Source of the DNA: Staphylococcus phage SAC
Length of the DNA: 64,000 nucleotides
Sequence record: OR234014.1
Reading direction: 5' to 3' (one strand)
Shown here: piece by piece, positions 58,589 through 64,000 of the stretch
Position numbering within the stretch: position 1 is the stretch's first letter
Layout: the number at the start of each line of letters is the position of its first letter
Made by a program: the position numbers and the translations under genes
Notes under the pieces: model-generated
Seen by the model: only the letters and a program-made list of their open reading frames with translations
Databases searched by the model: none
What the model was told of the DNA's origin: nothing

Positions 58589-60349
58589 TTAGGCTCTTAA
58601 TGTTTGTTGTTGGTATACCAAGCTAACAGAAATTTTCTTGAAGCTTCTGATAGGGTATACAACCATTGAGATTCTAGCTTCATTACCCTCGACAATAACT
58701 TGTACGTCTTCAGGTGGGAAGTCTTGAATTTCGTTATCTCGTTTCTTGCGTCCTAAGAATGACTGTACAAAGTCTTTGATAATTGAAGCACTTGTATTGA
58801 TAGTACGAGTACCAATAAAGTTATTTTCAAGCTCAAGTTTTAACTCAGAACATAAGAAGTCATTTGCTTCCCCAACAGCCATTTCTGACTTAACAGGGTC
58901 ATTTTTATCATTAAATGTCGTAACATCGTCTGTTAATCTAAAGAATGTATTAGCTCTATTACGAACATATTGTACGGTGATAATACCGTTTTCATTTAAC
59001 TCATCTAAGTCTAATGATTCATATAATTGGTCTACATTATTAATACGTAGTTGCTTAAAGGTAATAGACTCACCTATAGCTAAACCACTTACCAAACCTC
59101 CGATAGCAGAAGCTACCATATAAGCTGGTACATGTAACTTACGACCATTGTCCATTGTGAATATACCTGAGTTAGCTACTAAAGCAACTCGTGGGCTAGA
59201 TAATGATGATTGACGACCAAATAATTGTTCTTTCGTTTCATTAAATCCTCCACCTAGAATAGCACGCATAGGTTCACCTGCATCAGAACGTTCTTTAACA
59301 AAAGAAGCTACTTCTGCATGAACAGATTGTTTAGAGGATAGTGGTACCATGTAGTATCCACCTTCATGTGCAAATTTTTCGATTTTATCCGCCCATGTAG
59401 CAGGAGGTTCACCATTTGTACCACCTGAAAGTTTTGTTAATTCAAAAGGTGTGATTTCTTGAATTGGGGACACAGCTGTTACAGTAGCAGATTCTTCATG
59501 TGCGTCTACTTCTACGTTTTTAGGTGCTTGTTCAGATACTAATCGTTCAAATGAAACAAGTCCGTTATAGGCTGTTTGTTTCTCTAAATCACCAAATACT
59601 GCTTTTACATACTCAGCTTTATCCTTAATGTTAACATCTGTCATAGGGTCTAATAAGTAAGACTCTAAGTTCTTATCTCCAAAAGGTGATAACTTAGCTT
59701 CAAAATCAGGTAATTGGTTAATATCGTTAATGATGGCATTAGTAGTAGCGTAAGCTCCTCCTGTTAAGTCATAAGACTTAACTTCTGTGCTATTAGCTTT
59801 TAATACTAATCTTTTTGCTTTTTGTGTCTCTTTATCGTGCTCTACAGAAAAAGTAGCTGTACTTTCACTACCTTTATATTTGATAGTGAAGATATTACCA
59901 ATATTATCATATGTTTCATTAAATCTATCATCTTGGAAGATTAAATGTAAACGTAATGAATTACTGATTGTATTTTTTTCTAATCCTACTTGAATGTTGT
60001 TAGCTACGTTACCATAAATCTGTGAAGTAACTTTCAATCCGCCTACTTCAGCTGTAGCTGGTTTAGCATCCTCTACACGCATAGCAAAAATCTTACCTGC
60101 TGTGTATTGTGGATTAGAACCCCAAGCTAATTCAATTGCATCAAGTAATTCACCTGAGCGGAATAGTCTTTTAGCTTGTGCGTAGTTTCTTAATTCATAT
60201 ACGGTATCAGGTTTACCACCTTCAGCTTGTCCAATTAAACATAAAATCTTTTCACTGGAGCTAGCTGATTTACCGATACCTGTACTGTCTACATTAATGA
60301 CTGCATGTGGACGAGTGACAGGTCTTCGTGGAAACGGTTCAACTGCCAT
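58589..60349 (-). CDS. tail sheath protein
   Basis: 586 aa. MAVEPFPRRPVTRP... is strongly similar to Twort-like myovirus sheath proteins. Confidence 0.8.
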   Translation of the reverse strand: MAVEPFPRRPVTRPHAVINVDSTGIGKSASSSEKILCLIGQAEGGKPDTVYELRNYAQAKRLFRSGELLDAIELAWGSNPQYTAGKIFAMRVEDAKPATAEVGGLKVTSQIYGNVANNIQVGLEKNTISNSLRLHLIFQDDRFNETYDNIGNIFTIKYKGSESTATFSVEHDKETQKAKRLVLKANSTEVKSYDLTGGAYATTNAIINDINQLPDFEAKLSPFGDKNLESYLLDPMTDVNIKDKAEYVKAVFGDLEKQTAYNGLVSFERLVSEQAPKNVEVDAHEESATVTAVSPIQEITPFELTKLSGGTNGEPPATWADKIEKFAHEGGYYMVPLSSKQSVHAEVASFVKERSDAGEPMRAILGGGFNETKEQLFGRQSSLSSPRVALVANSGIFTMDNGRKLHVPAYMVASAIGGLVSGLAIGESITFKQLRINNVDQLYESLDLDELNENGIITVQYVRNRANTFFRLTDDVTTFNDKNDPVKSEMAVGEANDFLCSELKLELENNFIGTRTINTSASIIKDFVQSFLGRKKRDNEIQDFPPEDVQVIVEGNEARISMVVYPIRSFKKISVSLVYQQQTLRA

Positions 60350-60371
60350 GTATAATTCTCCTATCTATATA

Positions 60372-60578
60372 TTAAATTTCTAATTCTCTACCTAAATACT
60401 TTTCTAAAAATGGAATAAAGTCTTTTTCATTGAACAGGTAGTGTTTACCTTCCATGTAGGCTTTAAAACCTGCTACCTGTGACTCTTTCATATTAAACAA
60501 GGTCTGTGCTGTTTTTAAAAATGTATCTATATGTACATAACCTGTAAAGGTTTTACCTTTAGGTGTTTTCTTAGCCAT
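60372..60578 (-). CDS. hypothetical protein
   Basis: ORF of 68 aa immediately upstream of the sheath gene. Confidence 0.4.
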   Translation of the reverse strand: MAKKTPKGKTFTGYVHIDTFLKTAQTLFNMKESQVAGFKAYMEGKHYLFNEKDFIPFLEKYLGRELEI

Positions 60579-61414
60579 TATCTTTTTGCTCCTTTATTCT
60601 TGAAAGTAATCTTATTAATATCTTGTGTTATTGTATAATCTAAATCTAATGAACTTGTGTATTTAATTATAGTAGGTCTACCAAAGATAGATGACTCACC
60701 GTCTTGGAATATAGGTGCGATATCTCCAAATGCAAGATTTTGTAGCTGGAATGTTTGTTGTTCTTCTATACTGTCTCTCATAGATATCAATATCATTTTT
60801 AATACGGCATCTAAACATCTAGCAACATCTACATTATACGACATACCCACAATTGTTACTTGTTCTTCTATGGTAATACCTTTTACTAACCCTTTACTAT
60901 CATTTGTTTTTTCTACATATACAATATTTGCGTTGTAGCCTTCATAAGTCTCATTGTTAGTATAATTAAAAGATACAGTGTTATCTGATACTTTAACATC
61001 ATCGTAAGAATCAAACGCTATGTCTTCTACTCTTATTACATTAGAAATAGGTTTAGATACATGAAATACTAAACGATTACCTTCTCTTTTAGCTACTGAT
61101 TGTTCACTATATGTGTTACCCGAAGCTTCTAGATAAGACCCTTGTATACTACCTAAAGAGTTTTTAACCTCTTGACCTTGTCCTAGTTGTATTAGGTAAT
61201 GAGCTTCGTAGTTGTTTTTAAAGCTAGGGAAATTGAACCCTACTGTTACTTCGTGCTTTGCGTTCTTACCGCAAAAAGCCTCTTTGAACATTTCCCTAGT
61301 TTGATAATCAAAGTCTTTTAAAACTTCATCTATAATATAACAATTACTTAGTACTGTATGTAATCTGGGCTTTATTTGCTCTAGTAAATATGAGTCTACT
61401 GATGTTATTGCCAT
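60578..61414 (-). CDS. head-tail joining / neck structural protein
   Basis: 278 aa, positioned between the head genes and the sheath gene. Confidence 0.4.
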   Translation of the reverse strand: MAITSVDSYLLEQIKPRLHTVLSNCYIIDEVLKDFDYQTREMFKEAFCGKNAKHEVTVGFNFPSFKNNYEAHYLIQLGQGQEVKNSLGSIQGSYLEASGNTYSEQSVAKREGNRLVFHVSKPISNVIRVEDIAFDSYDDVKVSDNTVSFNYTNNETYEGYNANIVYVEKTNDSKGLVKGITIEEQVTIVGMSYNVDVARCLDAVLKMILISMRDSIEEQQTFQLQNLAFGDIAPIFQDGESSIFGRPTIIKYTSSLDLDYTITQDINKITFKNKGAKR

Positions 61415-61432
61415 CCTACTTCCATAACCTTT

Positions 61433-62053
61433 CTACATTAAATTCTTAATCTTCCAGTTCATAAGATTTCTAACATACTTTAATGTTGTTTTAGAGAAGT
61501 TGTTTTCATTAACCTTATCTCTATTTAATATCCATGAACTTGCAGGGGATTTACTAGATACTGTTCTAAACATAAAGTAACTAGATTTTTTACCATTTCT
61601 TACTTTAGTAATTCTACTTGATTTACTAGCAGGATTTAGTGATGGATGACTAATATTACTTCGTCTACCCTCTAGATAATCAGTAAGAGTAGATACTGAA
61701 TTACTTGAACTGTCTATTTTTAAAGACCTTAAGTCTTGGTATGTTTTATTATTCATCTTACTTGTTTTTATTCTTATAGGCACCGTTAGATACCAACCAC
61801 CATCTTTAGTCTTTTTCTTTTTAGATGAATGAGCAAAAGCTTTCTTAAGGTCTATTACACCTTTCTTCTCTAGCTTTTTCTCAGTTATTTGTAAATAAGT
61901 AGGCATACGTTTGACACTCACATTATCTACTTGTAATGCTGTAGCTTGTAATCTATCTAAAATATCAGAACGCATAGCATCTACTGTTCTCTTACCTACA
62001 TTTTTATAGCTCTTGTCTCTAAATAACTTAGGTCTAGTTGCTTTTATAGGCAT
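61433..62053 (-). CDS. structural protein (basic)
   Basis: ORF of 206 aa. Confidence 0.4.
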   Translation of the reverse strand: MPIKATRPKLFRDKSYKNVGKRTVDAMRSDILDRLQATALQVDNVSVKRMPTYLQITEKKLEKKGVIDLKKAFAHSSKKKKTKDGGWYLTVPIRIKTSKMNNKTYQDLRSLKIDSSSNSVSTLTDYLEGRRSNISHPSLNPASKSSRITKVRNGKKSSYFMFRTVSSKSPASSWILNRDKVNENNFSKTTLKYVRNLMNWKIKNLM

Positions 62054-62928
62054 TATAGCATTCCCCCAAAGAAACCACCTGAATGATTATCTTTAGATTC
62101 TTTTTTAGGGTCTTCTACCTGTATCTCTAAGTCCTCTTCTATACCATCATTAACTTTAAATGGCTCAGGTAGTACAATAACGTCTTCCCTTTTTAATAAT
62201 AGCTTCTGAGGTAAATTTTCAAACTTTGTATTAGGTTGATTAAATTTAGTATATTGGTATCGACTTTCTTTTAATATATCTGATACTACATATCTAAGTA
62301 CCATTAAAATATTTAAGGATATAGTTTTGTTTTCAAACTTAGCGTCCATGAATAATCTATTGTTCTCTATATTATAGTCATCTTCATAAACATTACCATC
62401 GTTAGATGTAATAAAGGTTACTTCTTTGACATCATAGTATAGAGGTATACCTTTTTGTATACGCTCTTTAGTAACATGGTATATAAGTTGTTGTGGCATC
62501 AATACTTCAGGAACAGTAAACCTGTCTCTATAAGATACTCGTTTTTCTAATTGTGTAGTTCCTATAGCTGTACCAGTATCTAAAATTCCTATATCTAAAT
62601 TGTTAGTTCCTTTTTCTTGAGATTGGATAGCCATTATTGTCTCTTTAGGAGGTAAATAGGCAATACCTTTACCGTGACACCTAGGACAATCTACTCTAGG
62701 ATGTCCTGTGTCAGGGTTAAGGCAAGGACAAAAGTAAGCCCTTTCCCACAGTACCTTTATACCTCTATCATTGACAAATCTTCTCATATCCTTAGTGTCA
62801 AACTCTAGTCTAGCTGTAGATAACTTTTGTTCTTGTTCATCTGCTTGTGTTGTAGATGTATACATAGTAGACTTATTAATTATATTAGAAGTATTATTAT
62901 TAGTACCTATCATAAAAGGTTTTTGCAT
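62053..62928 (-). CDS. structural protein with a Cys4 zinc-ribbon-like motif
   Basis: CPCLNPDTGHPRVDCPRCHG motif; 291 aa. Confidence 0.4.
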   Translation of the reverse strand: MQKPFMIGTNNNTSNIINKSTMYTSTTQADEQEQKLSTARLEFDTKDMRRFVNDRGIKVLWERAYFCPCLNPDTGHPRVDCPRCHGKGIAYLPPKETIMAIQSQEKGTNNLDIGILDTGTAIGTTQLEKRVSYRDRFTVPEVLMPQQLIYHVTKERIQKGIPLYYDVKEVTFITSNDGNVYEDDYNIENNRLFMDAKFENKTISLNILMVLRYVVSDILKESRYQYTKFNQPNTKFENLPQKLLLKREDVIVLPEPFKVNDGIEEDLEIQVEDPKKESKDNHSGGFFGGML

Positions 62929-62929
62929 T

Positions 62930-63146
62930 TAATATCTCCTTCCTACTATATGCCTATCATATTGGAGCCAAAGTAAGATTTTAACCCAGCTAATAGCTCT
63001 TTTATATCTTCATTAATTTGTAGTATTTGAGCACTTGCTCCACCATACATAGCAGATTGTGTAGTACCTATTGTTTCTGTAATACCATCTACATCTAGAG
63101 TTTTGTTTGCTATTCCTGCACCGATAATGAGATTACCATATGTTAA
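62930..63146 (-). other. orphan C-terminal coding fragment (about 65 codons, no start codon), possible 3' exon of a gene interrupted by the TnpB element
   Basis: Open frame ...LTYGNLIIGAGIANKTLDVDGITETIGTTQSAMYGGASAQILQINEDIKELLAGLKSYFGSNMIGI-stop. It begins right after a TAA inside the palindrome GTTAATTTAATTAAC at the edge of the TnpB downstream region. Confidence 0.35.
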
Positions 63147-63219
63147 TTAAATTAACTTCCTTTGTAAAATAAAAGGCATTATACATTCGGGTTATGGAAC
63201 CCTACTAAAAGCAAACATA
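63147..63219 (-). ncRNA. candidate IS200/IS605 right-end / TnpB-associated omega (re)RNA scaffold region
   Basis: Located immediately 3' of the tnpB stop codon. Contains hairpin GGGTTCCATAACCC and the palindrome GTTAATTTAATTAAC. Assigned by position and structure only. Confidence 0.3.
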
Positions 63220-64000
63220 TTATTGGTTTTGTTCTTTTAACCATTGGGAATTATGGTAGTTTTTTAAATTAATACTTGCATTTATATCCCTATCTTCTTC
63301 ATATCCACAAGCATTACATTTAAAGACTTTATCACCTAACTGTAATTTTAAAGCATTTCTTTTTCTTTCTCCGCAATTACTGCATATTTGTGATGATGGA
63401 TAATAAGTACTAGCTACTGTAAATTTTATACCTCTATCTTCACATTTATATTGTAATTGCTGTCTAATCATATAGAAATTAGAAAACTGTATTTGTTTTC
63501 TTTTTTGTCCTGTATATCCTTTGTCTTTTATTAAATCACGAACTCTTATATCCTCTACAATAATCTCTTTAGGATACTTTTCAACAATTTCTTTTGTTAT
63601 TTCATGTACATGATTTTTAAGGATATTTGACATTTTTCTATAAACTTTAGCTATCTTATTTTCTAGCTTTAAAACATTATTTGTTTTGGTGTGGTTAATA
63701 TCATATTTATTACTTAATCTTTTCTGTAGGTCAGCTAATTTTTTTTCTAACCTTTTCATTTTCTTGGAATAAATAATATTACCATATATTTTTCTGTTAG
63801 AACAAATTACGTGTTTTTTACCACTACCTAAGTCTATACCTATGACTTCGTTAGTATTATCCTTTTCTTTCTTGTATTGATTATCTACTTCAATTGAAAA
63901 AGATATATACCAATATTTACCATCATAGTAACATTTAGGGTTTAAAGGTTTAATGCTTTCATTCTCTAGTACTGATTTATTATTTTTATATGTACCATTA
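63220..64000 (-). CDS. tnpB: IS200/IS605-family TnpB (OrfB) RNA-guided nuclease homolog, 3' part; the ORF continues past the window end
   Basis: RuvC-I motif VIGIDLGSG, CYYDGKYWYISF, a C-terminal zinc finger CSNCG...CNACG, and RuvC-III-like DRDINASINL. The frame is open to 64000. Confidence 0.75.
   Translation of the reverse strand, partial: NGTYKNNKSVLENESIKPLNPKCYYDGKYWYISFSIEVDNQYKKEKDNTNEVIGIDLGSGKKHVICSNRKIYGNIIYSKKMKRLEKKLADLQKRLSNKYDINHTKTNNVLKLENKIAKVYRKMSNILKNHVHEITKEIVEKYPKEIIVEDIRVRDLIKDKGYTGQKRKQIQFSNFYMIRQQLQYKCEDRGIKFTVASTYYPSSQICSNCGERKRNALKLQLGDKVFKCNACGYEEDRDINASINLKNYHNSQWLKEQNQ

Noticed and set aside
1-64000. CRISPR arrays, tRNA or rRNA genes
   Set aside because: No regularly spaced direct repeats and no cloverleaf-like GC-rich 70-90-nt segments were seen. 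The structured non-coding segments all carry group I intron core elements instead.

Overview
This window is AT-rich (about 30% GC) DNA from a large virulent myovirus of Gram-positive cocci; the tail-sheath and tail-tube proteins look Twort-like or phage-K-like. Essentially every real gene lies on the minus strand, so transcription runs from high to low coordinates. Reading from 64000 down, there is a partial IS605-family TnpB gene, then neck and head-tail proteins, tail sheath, a tail-tube gene split into three exons by two group I introns, tail chaperones and the tape-measure protein (TMP) followed by an intron-like element. Next come three tail peptidoglycan-hydrolase proteins (glucosaminidase-like, lysozyme-like and a CHAP tail lysin), a baseplate and adsorption module, and two receptor-binding proteins. 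The replication and recombination module follows: an SF2 helicase (intron in the Walker A motif), a Rep-like protein, a DnaB-like helicase, a DNA methyltransferase plus a truncated paralog, SbcD and SbcC, primase, a PD-(D/E)XK nuclease, a class I ribonucleotide reductase (NrdB-like subunit with an N-terminal ATP cone; NrdE-like subunit split by an intron carrying a GIY-YIG gene), a thioredoxin-like protein, an HU-like protein, a family A DNA polymerase (intron carrying an HNH gene), an SSB-like protein, a RecA/UvsX-like recombinase (intron carrying a LAGLIDADG gene in the P-loop), a sigma factor and three tandem Ig-like proteins. I find seven group I introns or intron-like elements by their conserved R (GTTCAACGACTA) and S (AAGATATAGTC) core sequences and by exon reconstitution of conserved catalytic motifs. 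Six sigma-A-type promoters of the form TTGACA-N17/18-TATACT and several rho-independent terminators are also present. The plus-strand ORFs in the track look like frame artefacts.
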